This document shows positions 37,859 through 47,110 of a DNA stretch of 64,000 nt, one piece after another. Below the pieces are notes generated by a model, which made no database searches, was not told the origin of the DNA, and saw only the letters and a program-made list of their open reading frames with translations. The position numbers were made by a program, and so were the translations under genes. The DNA is from Chloroflexota bacterium (GTDB taxonomy: Bacteria > Chloroflexota > Limnocylindria > Limnocylindrales > CSP1-4): NCBI GenBank assembly GCA_005883615.1, contig VBEC01000014.1, positions 48,497-112,496 on the forward strand. Reading direction: 5' to 3'. Position 1 is the first letter of the stretch; each line of letters begins with the position of its first letter.

Positions 37859-38253
37859 ATCGTGGGCGGCCCGAGGCGGACACTCGCGCTTCCGGCCTCC
37901 AGTTGGGCCAGGCGTTCATCGATCGCCCGGACGATGGCCGACAAGTCGAGGGTCTCGGCACCCTGGCCTGGCGCGCGGCGGCGGGTCGGGGTCCCGGGCC
38001 GGGAGGAGTCGGCGGCCGCAGATAACCGCCGGCGAGCTCCGAGGAGGTTCTTGGCGATGCCCAGGGGGTTGCCTCGGACCTCGTGGACGTACGCCGCGGC
38101 CAGCTTGATCAGACCCTGGTAGAGGTCGCGCTCGGCCGGGTCATCGGTACCCATCCAGGCAGGCTCCAGCAGCTCGTGTGCCTCGAAGAAGTCTCCTCGC
38201 CGGTACGCCGCGAGCCCGGCTGCGAAGGCACGGCGTCGCGCCGCTGCCGGCAT
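37855..38253 (-). CDS. DUF309 domain protein
   Basis: FFEAHELLEPAW ... LYQGLIKLAAAYVH signature of DUF309. Start placed at the internal ATG 38251-38253; the long N-extension in the track was rejected. Confidence 0.7.
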   Translation of the reverse strand: MPAAARRRAFAAGLAAYRRGDFFEAHELLEPAWMGTDDPAERDLYQGLIKLAAAYVHEVRGNPLGIAKNLLGARRRLSAAADSSRPGTPTRRRAPGQGAETLDLSAIVRAIDERLAQLEAGSASVRLGPPTI

Positions 38254-38327
38254 CGGCCGATAGGCCTTGGCACGGCCGTCCTGGAGAACCGTCCGGCGCG
38301 CACCACGAGTCGCGGCGACGTCCGAGG

Positions 38328-38828
38328 TCACGCCAGCTCGCTCAGCGGACGGCGCCCCGGGAAGCCATCGGTCAGCTCGTGCCACCAGTCCACGCTCTCC
38401 TCGCCGAGGCGCCAGCACAGGCAGACCTGGCGGCCCGTGACCAACGCGGGAAAGTCGACCAGGCCGGTCTTGATGTCGCGCAGGGTGATCGAAAGCTCCT
38501 CGAGGCGAGCAACCGACGCCTGCATCTGGTCGATGATGCCCTGCATCCGCAGCCGCAGGCGGGTCTCGTCGGCGACCGCCACGTCCGACCGCCCGAGGGG
38601 TTCGCCGTCGGCAGTCTTTCCTGGATCGCCGCCACTCCCGCGACTCGCCTCCGAGCCGAGGCGCTCGCCCTCCGGGCTGCTCGGCCCGAGGGCCTGCTCG
38701 GATTGGAGCTCGAGAAGCCGATCCCGGAGCCGGATCAGCTCGAGGCGATGGCCCGCCAGCTGGGTCGCGATCTCGCGGACCTCGGGCAGCGCCGCATTGG
38801 CGGCATCGATGTCGTAAAAGCGGGTCAC
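38328..38828 (-). CDS. Hypothetical protein (DUF2203-like)
   Basis: N-terminal FYDIDAANAALPEV and C-terminal IKTGLVDFPA ... CWRLGE ... WWHE pattern. Protein-like composition. Confidence 0.5.
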   Translation of the reverse strand: MTRFYDIDAANAALPEVREIATQLAGHRLELIRLRDRLLELQSEQALGPSSPEGERLGSEASRGSGGDPGKTADGEPLGRSDVAVADETRLRLRMQGIIDQMQASVARLEELSITLRDIKTGLVDFPALVTGRQVCLCWRLGEESVDWWHELTDGFPGRRPLSELA

Positions 38829-38898
38829 CCACCGATTCTACGCGCGCGTCGCGCAGCTGCGGTCAACCGAGATCAGGGCGCGATGACCGGCTGCTAGG

Positions 38899-40122
38899 AT
38901 GCGGCGCATGCGACTGGCCGGCCGGATGGAGCGCCTCGGGACGGAGACGGCGTTCGAGGCCGCGGCCCGCGCACGAGCTCTCGAGCTGACCGGCCGGGAT
39001 GTGATCCACCTGGAGATCGGCGAGCCCGATTTCGATACGCCGGCGAACATCCGCTCGGCCGCGAAACGTGCTCTGGACGAGGGCTATACGCACTATCCGC
39101 CGGCACCCGGCCTGCCCGAGCTCCGCCGCGCGATCGCCGAAGACGCGGCCAGACGCAAGCGTTTCAACGTCGACCCCGAGCTGGTTGTCGTCACGCCCGG
39201 CGCGAAGCCGATCATGTTCTACGCGATCCTGGCGCTGGCGGACAGCGGCGACGAGGTCATCTATCCGGATCCCGGCTTCCCCATCTACGAGTCGATGACG
39301 CGCTTCGTTGGAGCAACCGCGGTGCCCCTGCCCATCCGCCAGGAGAACAACTTCCGGCTTGACCCCGACGAGCTGGCCTCGCTGGTGACCCCGCGGACTC
39401 GGCTGATCATCTTCAACTCGCCGGCGAACCCGACTGGTGGTGTCCTGGATCGCGGCGACATCGAGGCGATCGCCGCGCTGGCCAGAGAGCATGACCTCAT
39501 CGTGCTCGCCGACGAGATCTACGGACGCATCATCTATGAAGGGGAGCATGTCTCGATCGCCTCGTTGCCGGAAATGGCCGAGCGCACGATCGTGCTCGAC
39601 GGCTTCTCCAAGACCTATGCCATGACCGGCTGGCGCCTCGGCTATGCGATCCTGCCCGAACCGCTCGTGCTGCCCTTCAGCCGCCTGATCATCAACTCGG
39701 TGAGCGGCACGAGCGCCCACTCCCAGATGGCCGCGGTCGAGGCCTTGACCGGGCCGCAGCACGAGGTGGAGGCGATGGTCGCCGAGTTTCGCGCGCGACG
39801 CGACCTGGTTGTAGCCGGGCTGAACGAGATCCCCGGGTTCGGCTGCCTTAAGCCATCGGGCGCGTTCTACGTCTTCCCGAACGTGTCTGGGACGGGCCTG
39901 TCCGGCTCCGAGCTCGCGGGTCGGCTGCTCGACGAAGAGGGCATCTCGGTTCTCTCGGGAACGGCATTCGGGCGGGTCGGTCGCGATCACATCCGCATCA
40001 GCTACGCCAATTCGCAGGCCAATATCCGCACGGCCCTCGGCCGGATCCGGACGCTCGCCGAAAAGCTCATTCCGGCCGCGGGCGTCTCGGGTGCTGCCGG
40101 CTCCCGGGCTCCCTCGCGCTGA
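38899..40122 (+). CDS. Pyridoxal-phosphate-dependent aminotransferase class I/II (aspartate aminotransferase-like)
   Basis: [13 protein letters not shown] with the PLP lysine, and an N-terminal substrate-binding region. Confidence 0.9.
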   Translation: MRRMRLAGRMERLGTETAFEAAARARALELTGRDVIHLEIGEPDFDTPANIRSAAKRALDEGYTHYPPAPGLPELRRAIAEDAARRKRFNVDPELVVVTPGAKPIMFYAILALADSGDEVIYPDPGFPIYESMTRFVGATAVPLPIRQENNFRLDPDELASLVTPRTRLIIFNSPANPTGGVLDRGDIEAIAALAREHDLIVLADEIYGRIIYEGEHVSIASLPEMAERTIVLDGFSKTYAMTGWRLGYAILPEPLVLPFSRLIINSVSGTSAHSQMAAVEALTGPQHEVEAMVAEFRARRDLVVAGLNEIPGFGCLKPSGAFYVFPNVSGTGLSGSELAGRLLDEEGISVLSGTAFGRVGRDHIRISYANSQANIRTALGRIRTLAEKLIPAAGVSGAAGSRAPSR

Positions 40123-41126
40123 TGCCTCCTCGACCGCGGGTCTTCGTGGCGCGCCGCATCCCGGACGACGGGCTGCGCCCGATCCGTGAAGCGTGCGAAG
40201 CCGAGATCTGGCCGGACGAGCTGCCTCCCCCGCGCGACGACCTGCTGCGGGCGATCGCCGCGTGCGAGGGCGTACTGACGCTGCTGACAGACCGCGTCGA
40301 CGCAGAGTTCTTCGAGCGGGCGGGCCCGCAGCTGAAGGTCATCAGCAACTACGCGGTCGGGTTCGACAACGTGGACGTCCCTGAGGCGACGCGGCGCGGA
40401 ATCCCCGTCGGGAACACGCCGGGAGTCCTGACCGAGACGACCGCTGATCTTGCCTTCGCCCTGCTCATGGCCGCGGCGCGCCGTGTGGCCGAGGGCGACC
40501 GATACGTCCGCGCTGGACGCTGGAAGACCTGGGGCCCCCTCCTCCTCATGGGACCAGACATCCATGACGCGACGCTGGGCATCATCGGCTTCGGCCGCAT
40601 CGGGCAGGCACTCGCGCGGCGGGCGGGGGGCTTTGGGATGAAGGTCCTCTACCACGACGTCAATCGGCTGCCGGCGGAGGTGGAGGAGCCACTCCGGGCG
40701 ACGTTCGTCCCCCTCGACGAGCTGCTCGCCGCCTCCGACTTCGTCTCTCTGCACGTGAACCTCACCGACGAGACGCGCCACCTGATCGATCGCGATCGGC
40801 TGAGGCTGATGAAGTCCACGGCCGTTCTCGTCAATACCTCGCGCGGCCCCGTGGTCGACCACGGGGCTCTGTACGAGGCCCTGCGCGACGGCGTCATCTG
40901 GGCCGCCGCGCTCGACGTGACCGACCCGGAGCCGCTGCCCGCGTCCGACCCGCTCCTCACGCTGGAGAATTGCCTGGTCGTGCCCCACATCGCATCCGCT
41001 TCGGGGGCAACGCGCGGCAAGATGGCCGAGATGGCTGCTGCGAACCTTCTGGCGGGTGTGCGCGGCGAACGCCTGCCCACACCGATCAATCCCGAGGTGT
41101 ACGAGTCGCCCGCGGAGACCCGCTAG
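40122..41126 (+). CDS. D-isomer-specific 2-hydroxyacid dehydrogenase (glyoxylate/hydroxypyruvate reductase-like)
   Basis: [19 protein letters not shown]-binding motif and catalytic R/E/H triad region. TGATG overlap with the upstream gene. Confidence 0.9.
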   Translation: MPPRPRVFVARRIPDDGLRPIREACEAEIWPDELPPPRDDLLRAIAACEGVLTLLTDRVDAEFFERAGPQLKVISNYAVGFDNVDVPEATRRGIPVGNTPGVLTETTADLAFALLMAAARRVAEGDRYVRAGRWKTWGPLLLMGPDIHDATLGIIGFGRIGQALARRAGGFGMKVLYHDVNRLPAEVEEPLRATFVPLDELLAASDFVSLHVNLTDETRHLIDRDRLRLMKSTAVLVNTSRGPVVDHGALYEALRDGVIWAAALDVTDPEPLPASDPLLTLENCLVVPHIASASGATRGKMAEMAAANLLAGVRGERLPTPINPEVYESPAETR

Positions 41127-41262
41127 CGCAGGGTCGCGCAGCCTGCAGGCTGCCTCGAGACGGTCGGCGTCGAGGTGGACCCCGAACGACTCGCGTAGAC
41201 TCGTGAGAGCGGCGACACGCGACCTCCCGTCGTTCTGGCGTGAGCCGAGCCAGTGAACGCAT

Positions 41263-41337
41263 GGGCCGGTAGCTCAACGGCAGAGCAGGCGCCTTTTAAG
41301 CGCTTGGTTGTGGGTTCGAGTCCCACCCGGCTCACCA
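41263..41337 (+). tRNA. tRNA-Lys (anticodon UUU)
   Basis: Cloverleaf folded by hand: acceptor GGGCCGG/CCGGCTC, D-arm GCTC/GAGC, anticodon stem GGCGC/GCGCT with loop CTTTTAA, T-arm GTGGG/CCCAC with TTCGAGT loop, encoded CCA. Confidence 0.85.
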
Positions 41338-41342
41338 ACTAG

Positions 41343-41900
41343 ATGAACCACGACGACCACGTTCGGCTGCTGCGCTACGCGGTCCCGGCCGTTCCCGGGA
41401 TCTGGGCCGACCTCGGATCGGGTTCGGGCGCGTTCACCCTCGCCCTGGCCGACATCCTGGGGCCGTCGGGACGGATCGTGTCCGTCGATCGAGATGGCGG
41501 CGCGTTGCGCGAGCAAGAGCGCGCCTTGCACGACCGGTTCCCCAATGTGGCGGTCGAGGTTCGCCAGGCCGACTTCACCGCCGGTCTGGAGCTGCCGGCG
41601 CTGGACGGCCTGCTGATGGCCAATTCGCTGCACTTCGTACGGGACAAGCCACCCGCGCTTCGGCCCCTTCTGCGCTCCGTTCGGCCGGGCGGCCGATTCG
41701 TCCTGGTCGAATACGATGCGGACCGCGGCTATCCGTGGGTACCATTCCCGCTCTCGTTCGAGACCTGGCGAGCGATGGCCGGCGACCTCGGCCTCGAAGG
41801 GACCAGGCTCTCCGGACGTGTCCCGAGCCGGTTTCTCGGCGCGATCTACTCTGCCGTCAGCATCGTTTCGGTTCGGAGGCCGGCCTCAGCGAGCGAGTAG
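41343..41900 (+). CDS. Class I SAM-dependent methyltransferase
   Basis: Motif I ADLGSGSGAFT and motif post-I VSVDRD. Starts 5 nt after the tRNA-Lys 3' end. Confidence 0.75.
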   Translation: MNHDDHVRLLRYAVPAVPGIWADLGSGSGAFTLALADILGPSGRIVSVDRDGGALREQERALHDRFPNVAVEVRQADFTAGLELPALDGLLMANSLHFVRDKPPALRPLLRSVRPGGRFVLVEYDADRGYPWVPFPLSFETWRAMAGDLGLEGTRLSGRVPSRFLGAIYSAVSIVSVRRPASASE

Positions 41901-43112
41901 CTCGAGCAGCGCCTCCGCCAGTCGGCGGTATTGCTCGATGCTGTTGTAACGCTGCGCCGAAACCCGGAGCACCTGAGCTTGCGGAGCCTCGCCCGACGCG
42001 CGCGCGGCGTCCACCGGCCAACGTCCTGCCGCGACCTCGATGCCATACCCGTCGAACAGCATCTGCCCGAGGTTCGGTGGCGTGTCCAAGGGCAAGGGCA
42101 GCGCTGCCATCGACCCGAGCATCGACTCCGGTGCGGGTGGCTCGAGCCCCAGCGCGCTGCACAACACCCGCCGCCCTTCGATCGCGACGTCCCGATTCGT
42201 CGCCATGTGGCCAGGCCAGCCGTCGGACTCCCGGTCGGTGACGAATCGCAGGGCCGCCGGGATCGAGAGATACGAGGTCGGGTCGACTGTGCCGGGCCAG
42301 TCGAACTCGAGATGAAGCCTCGAGCGCTCCGTCCGCGGATCGTTCAAGCCGTGGCTGATCGTTAGCGGGTGGATCGAAGCCTGCCGGTCGGGGCGGACCT
42401 GGAGAAAGGCTCCGGTCTTCGGCGAGCACAACCACTTGTGCGTATCTCCGGTGACGTAGGCCGCGTCGAGTGAGCGAAGGTCGATCGGCAGCATGCCGGC
42501 AACGTGGGCAGCGTCCACGAGACAGTCAATCCCGCGGCCTTCGAGGTCGGCCACCAGCTGGGCGATCGGGAACACCAGCGCTGTGGGGCTCGTGACCGCG
42601 CTCACCATGGCGAGGCGCGTTCGAGGGGTCACGCGCTCCAGGATCGCGGCGAGCACGTCGTCCGGTCCGTCAACCGGAAAGGGCACCCTCGCAACGACAA
42701 CGCGTGCGCTATCGCGGTCGGCGGCGAATCGCAGCGCATTGATGGTTGCGTTGTACTCGTGGTTCGTCGTCAGCAGCTCGTCACCGGTCGCGAAACGCAG
42801 CGAGCGGAGCACGGTGTTGACGCCGGTCGTGGCGTTCTGGACGAACGCGAGGTTCTCCGGGTCTCCACCAAGGAACGCAGCAAGCTCGGAGCGAGCGCCA
42901 TCGAGAAGTCCTTCCAGGTCATCGTCGAAGAAGCGGCCGGGCCTGCGCTCGAGACGATCGCGCAGCTCCCGCTGGGCGCGAAGGACGACCCTCGGGCAGG
43001 CTCCAAACGAGCCGTGATTGAGGAAGGTGATCGCAGGGTCCAGCATCCATTCGTCGGCCCAGGTCGACGTCATCCCCGAAACCATAGCCTTCAAATCGGG
43101 TCGGATCGCCAC
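41886..43112 (-). CDS. Aminotransferase class V (cysteine desulfurase / isopenicillin-N epimerase-like)
   Basis: NHGSFGACP N-terminus and the THKWL PLP-lysine motif. Convergent 15-nt overlap with the methyltransferase gene. Confidence 0.85.
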   Translation of the reverse strand: MAIRPDLKAMVSGMTSTWADEWMLDPAITFLNHGSFGACPRVVLRAQRELRDRLERRPGRFFDDDLEGLLDGARSELAAFLGGDPENLAFVQNATTGVNTVLRSLRFATGDELLTTNHEYNATINALRFAADRDSARVVVARVPFPVDGPDDVLAAILERVTPRTRLAMVSAVTSPTALVFPIAQLVADLEGRGIDCLVDAAHVAGMLPIDLRSLDAAYVTGDTHKWLCSPKTGAFLQVRPDRQASIHPLTISHGLNDPRTERSRLHLEFDWPGTVDPTSYLSIPAALRFVTDRESDGWPGHMATNRDVAIEGRRVLCSALGLEPPAPESMLGSMAALPLPLDTPPNLGQMLFDGYGIEVAAGRWPVDAARASGEAPQAQVLRVSAQRYNSIEQYRRLAEALLELLAR

Positions 43113-43168
43113 CGAATCAGGGCGGACCGGCCAGATGCCGGCCCGTCCGCAGGGCGCTGCCTATGCGG

Positions 43169-43675
43169 TCACCCCGCTTTGGGAACGACGATCCGATCGG
43201 CAGTTGCCGTTCCTCCTTGGAGCTCGCTCACGACGAACACCTGATCGCCCGCCTTGAGGTCAGAGAGCTTTGCCAGCGCGCCATTCTTGCGGACTCGAGT
43301 CTTGTCGCCCGTGGCGATCGTGACGCTCGTGTTGCCGGCTTCCGAGATCGTGATGCTGCTGGCTCCTACCGTGCTGACCGTGCCGTGATCCAGCTGGACC
43401 GTGATCAAGCCTTTCCGGGGAAGATCAAGGGTGACGGTCCCGTGCACGAGCGCACGGCCGAGGCGGCGCGGCCGAAGCAGTGCGGCGTCCGAGCCATTGC
43501 CACTGGCCGTGCCCGGATTCGCCAGGAGTCCGTCCGTGACGGCCGCGGCGGCCTGATCGGTTGCGGGACGAGCGTCAGACCCGGCGCTCACAACGCTCAG
43601 CCCGACGGTCGCCAGCAGGAGCATGGCGCCGGCAAGGAGGGCGAAGCGCCGGCGAGGGATGGTGAGTGCCTGCAT
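43169..43675 (-). CDS. Secreted hypothetical protein
   Basis: Signal peptide (LLAGAMLLLATVGLSVVSAG), then a Ser/Thr/Val-rich beta domain. Confidence 0.5.
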   Translation of the reverse strand: MQALTIPRRRFALLAGAMLLLATVGLSVVSAGSDARPATDQAAAAVTDGLLANPGTASGNGSDAALLRPRRLGRALVHGTVTLDLPRKGLITVQLDHGTVSTVGASSITISEAGNTSVTIATGDKTRVRKNGALAKLSDLKAGDQVFVVSELQGGTATADRIVVPKAG

Positions 43676-43832
43676 GTCGGTCTCCTGTGATCGGGATCGA
43701 GATCCATTGGCCCTGGGGCGCGATGTCCATCGCGTTTGGCGCAGGTTCAGCTGATCAAGAGAAGCTCTGCAGCAGCCGACGTAAGACGAACGTAAGGGTC
43801 ACTCGAAGGCAGGTCCGCAGTAGCATCGTTAC

Positions 43833-44723
43833 GTGCCCTCGAGGAACGCGCGGCCGAGCGGCTGGCTGTCCGATCCGGATGCGGTGCGCCCAACGGTGCT
43901 CATTATCGGCGGGTTCCTGACCGTGCCGGCGATGTACCTGCGCTTGCGTCGGCGGCTCCTCGATCGGGGCGCAGCGGAGGTCCTGATCGCCGACGTCTAC
44001 ACCCCTGACTGGTTGCTCGCAGTCGGGCGCGGCGGTGGCGCCGTCGCCACCCGAGCATTGCGCGCGCTCATCAGGGCTATCGATGCCTCTGCGTCAAGCT
44101 CGTCGAGCCAGGGTGCACCGTTGCTCGTCGTCGGGCACTCGGCGGGCGGGATGGTCGCACGCCTGCTCACGACCTCCGAGCCGTTCGCGGGGCGTCGCCT
44201 GGGCGCCTCCGACGCCGTCGGGGGCATCGTCACCCTGGGCTCGCCACACCGGACCGGTCGGGTGGGAGACCTGGGCCGTCGGCTGGGCGTCGCCGTTGGG
44301 CAATTCGCCGATCGCGTCGTTCCTGGTGCCTTCTATGCGCCCCGGGTGGGTTATGTCGCGGTTGCCGGTCGAGCGATTCCCGGCGCTCGCTCGGGGATCG
44401 GGCGCTCCCGCGTTGCGCAGCGCTTCTACGATGGCTTGCTCCCGAATGCGGACGGCGCGACGGCCGAGGGCGACGGGCTCGTCCCTGTCGGGGCGGCGCT
44501 CCTGGAGGGCGCCCGACACGTAGTCCTCGACGGGGTCACGCACGGCCAGCTTTCAGGCCGTCCGTGGTACGGGTCGCCACAGGCCGTGGATGTCTGGTGG
44601 CCCATTGCCGTCGAAACCTGGCATGAAGCCCTGCGAGTGCGGGCCGTGCCTCCTGGGAGCGGAGGCGCCAGCGGAGCTCGTCATGGTCCCGCGCGTTTGA
44701 CGGGCGATGTGACATACCGGTAG
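43833..44723 (+). CDS. Alpha/beta-hydrolase (lipase/esterase-like)
   Basis: GHSAGG nucleophile elbow, and later Asp/His candidates. Confidence 0.7.
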   Translation: MPSRNARPSGWLSDPDAVRPTVLIIGGFLTVPAMYLRLRRRLLDRGAAEVLIADVYTPDWLLAVGRGGGAVATRALRALIRAIDASASSSSSQGAPLLVVGHSAGGMVARLLTTSEPFAGRRLGASDAVGGIVTLGSPHRTGRVGDLGRRLGVAVGQFADRVVPGAFYAPRVGYVAVAGRAIPGARSGIGRSRVAQRFYDGLLPNADGATAEGDGLVPVGAALLEGARHVVLDGVTHGQLSGRPWYGSPQAVDVWWPIAVETWHEALRVRAVPPGSGGASGARHGPARLTGDVTYR

Positions 44724-44732
44724 CATTCGAGG

Positions 44733-44808
44733 TCGCGGGGTGGAGCAGCGGCAGCTCGTCGGGCTCATAACCCGAAGGTCGGAGGTTCGAATCCTTCCCC
44801 CGCAACCA
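44733..44808 (+). tRNA. Initiator tRNA-fMet (anticodon CAU)
   Basis: Near-identical in pattern to bacterial initiator tRNA: C1xA72 mismatch, three consecutive G-C pairs in the anticodon stem (TCGGG/CCCGA), loop CTCATAA, encoded CCA. Confidence 0.9.
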
Positions 44809-44821
44809 ATTCGTATATACC

Positions 44822-44853
44822 TGAACCCCGGGCCCCGACCACCCGGGGTTCGT
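44822..44853. terminator. GC-rich stem-loop (10-bp stem) between tRNA-fMet and the convergent ABC-2 operon; candidate bidirectional terminator
   Basis: GAACCCCGGG-ccccgaccac-CCCGGGGTTC perfect inverted repeat, flanked on one side by an unusual AT-rich run (TTCGTATATAC). Confidence 0.5.
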
Positions 44854-44864
44854 CCTTCTCCGGA

Positions 44865-45617
44865 CTATTCCCAGCGGAACGTGAGGATGGCGAGAGCGGA
44901 GGCTCCGATCGCCCAGACGGCCAGGAGCACGAGTGGTGGCGTGAAGTCGCCGGCCGAGCTCCCGAGGGCGATCCGCAACAGATCCGAGAGCGCGCTCGCC
45001 GGCAGCAGCCTGGCAACCGCAGCCACTGCGGCCGGAAGCTGGTCGAGCGGGACGACGATGCCGCCGAGCAGCAGCAGCGCCAGGAACAGGCCGTTGGCGC
45101 CGGCGAGCGTGGCCTCCGCTCTCAGGGACCCGGCCATGGCCAGCCCGATTCCCGCGAACGCCAGCGTCCCGAGGAGCAACCCGACGACGACGAGCGCTGT
45201 GCCGGAGCCAGCCGGCGGTCGCCATCCGAGGAACGCCAGCGCCACCGCGAAGAGCACGGCGAACTGAACGATCTCGACGACCAGGACGGCGAGCATCTTC
45301 GCGCCGATCAGGCCGGCTCGTGGAAGCGGCGAGCCGCCGAGGAGCTTCAACACCCCGTAGTAGCGTTCATAGGCCGTTGCGATTCCGAGGTTGACGAGCG
45401 ACGTCGAGATGACGGCCAGCGCCAGGACGCCGGGCAACAGGAAGTCGACAGGCCGACCGGCCGTTACCGGCACGATTGACGTCGAGGCGAAGAACAGCAG
45501 CACCACGACGGGCAGGACGATGATGACGAGCACGTTTTCGCCACGACGTGCCGTCAAGCGCAGCTCCATGCCCGTCTGGGCGAGAGTCGATCGCCAGGCC
45601 GTTGCGGGAGCGCTCAC
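44865..45617 (-). CDS. ABC-2 type transporter permease
   Basis: Six TM helices. Downstream of and overlapping the DrrA-like ATPase gene. Confidence 0.8.
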   Translation of the reverse strand: MSAPATAWRSTLAQTGMELRLTARRGENVLVIIVLPVVVLLFFASTSIVPVTAGRPVDFLLPGVLALAVISTSLVNLGIATAYERYYGVLKLLGGSPLPRAGLIGAKMLAVLVVEIVQFAVLFAVALAFLGWRPPAGSGTALVVVGLLLGTLAFAGIGLAMAGSLRAEATLAGANGLFLALLLLGGIVVPLDQLPAAVAAVARLLPASALSDLLRIALGSSAGDFTPPLVLLAVWAIGASALAILTFRWE

Positions 45618-46585
45618 GCGTCTGCCTCCCCGCGCGGCGCGCCGGGCTCGCCTTCTGCGCCCGCAACGAGCTCCAGGTAGCGCTCCTCCAGCGACCCGCG
45701 GCCCGTCGTCAGCTCCGCAATGAGAAGTCCGCGCTCCGCACTCCAGCGCGCAAGCCTGGCGAGCACGTCCGGCTCCGCCGTGACTCCGTCGAGCCGGTAG
45801 CGGCCTCCTCCCTCATCGGTCAGACTGCCTGGTGCGCCATCGAGCAGTGTGCCGCTCAGTTCCTCTCGGTCGGCGACCTCGAGGGGATGAGGCAATCGGA
45901 AACGCAGCCGGGGGGATGCCGAGGAGGCGAGCTCGTCAGGGGATCCAGCGGCGACCAGCCGGCCGTGGTCGATCAGGGCGACGTGGTCGGCCAATCGTTC
46001 GACATCGGCGAGGTCGTGTGTCGTCAACAGGATCGCGACGCCGGTCCCGCGCAGCTCGGCGATGAGGGTCCGGGTCGCGGCACGGCCTTCGGGATCCATG
46101 CCCGCGGTCGGCTCGTCCAGGATCAGGACCTCTGGATCGCCCACCAAGGCGACCGCCAGAGCCAGCCGCTGCTTCTCGCCCCCCGAAAGGCGGCGGTAAG
46201 GCGTTCGAGCGCTGGTCCGCAACCCAACGAGATCGATCAGCTTCTGCGGGCCTCGCCCGCCGGCGTGGAAGTTCGCATACAGCCGCAGGATTTCATCGGG
46301 CCGTGCCTGTGGATAGATGCCGCCGCCGCCCTGGAGCATCAGGCCGACCCGGGCCTTCAGGTTCCGGCCGCCTGTCCCTGGGTCCGTGCCCAGCACGCGG
46401 ACCGAGCCTCCATCGGCGGTTCGGTAACCCTCCACGATCTCGACCGTGGTCGTCTTTCCGGCGCCATTCGGACCCAGGAGCGTGAACACCTCGCCGCGCG
46501 ACACGCTGAAGGTCAGGCCATCGACCACCGGTCGAGCTCCGTATCGCTTGGTGAGGTCGTCGACGACGATTGCCGGGTCGGTCAC
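45614..46585 (-). CDS. ABC transporter ATP-binding protein (DrrA/ABC-2 exporter type)
   Basis: Walker A GPNGAGKTT, LSGGEKQRLALAVAL, Walker B ILDEPTAGMD. Confidence 0.9.
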   Translation of the reverse strand: MTDPAIVVDDLTKRYGARPVVDGLTFSVSRGEVFTLLGPNGAGKTTTVEIVEGYRTADGGSVRVLGTDPGTGGRNLKARVGLMLQGGGGIYPQARPDEILRLYANFHAGGRGPQKLIDLVGLRTSARTPYRRLSGGEKQRLALAVALVGDPEVLILDEPTAGMDPEGRAATRTLIAELRGTGVAILLTTHDLADVERLADHVALIDHGRLVAAGSPDELASSASPRLRFRLPHPLEVADREELSGTLLDGAPGSLTDEGGGRYRLDGVTAEPDVLARLARWSAERGLLIAELTTGRGSLEERYLELVAGAEGEPGAPRGEADA

Positions 46586-47049
46586 CGCAGGATGGCGGCG
46601 AGCTGGCGGTCGAGATCGGCCGCGGTCAGCTCGCCGATCTGGCGCGATAGGATGACGCCCTTCCGATCGATGAAGTAGGACTGCGGCGGCGCGACGGCCT
46701 GATACGTTGCCTTGGCCGAACCGTCCGGATCCGGAAGGCTGGGCCAGCTGGCGCTGTGGTTCATCATGAAGTCACGGGCCGGTCCCGGGCTGTCGTTCCA
46801 GAGGACGCCCACGATCTCGAGGCCCTCGGCCTGGTGGTCGGCGTTGTACCGCTCGAGGAGCAACGGGAACTCCCGGGTGCACGGCACGCACCATGAGGCC
46901 CAGAAGTTCACCAGGACTGGGTGCCCTCGCAGGCTCGAAAGGCTCACCGCCCTGCCATCGATCGCAGTGCCGGCCAGCTCAGGGGCCAGCTGGCCGACCG
47001 TAGCAACCGGCTTGCTCGTGGCGCAGCCCCCGACGGCAGACAGGAGCAA
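46582..47049 (-). CDS. TlpA/ResA-family thiol-disulfide oxidoreductase (redoxin)
   Basis: WASWCVPC thioredoxin motif. Annotated TTG start. The in-frame upstream sequence encodes a lipoprotein-like signal (RLLAAALLLSAVGGC) with no canonical start codon, so the true start is uncertain. Confidence 0.75.
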   Translation of the reverse strand: MLLSAVGGCATSKPVATVGQLAPELAGTAIDGRAVSLSSLRGHPVLVNFWASWCVPCTREFPLLLERYNADHQAEGLEIVGVLWNDSPGPARDFMMNHSASWPSLPDPDGSAKATYQAVAPPQSYFIDRKGVILSRQIGELTAADLDRQLAAILR

Positions 47050-47110
47050 GGCGGCCGCGAGCAGGCGCGGAATGGGGAGTCGTGCGAGGCGGGGGACAGG
47101 CGTTGTGGAC

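Noticed and set aside
38254-38832. Extension of the DUF309 ORF into a 325-aa frame
   Set aside because: It overlaps the separate, protein-like DUF2203-like gene on another frame, and the extension is Arg/Pro/Gly-rich.
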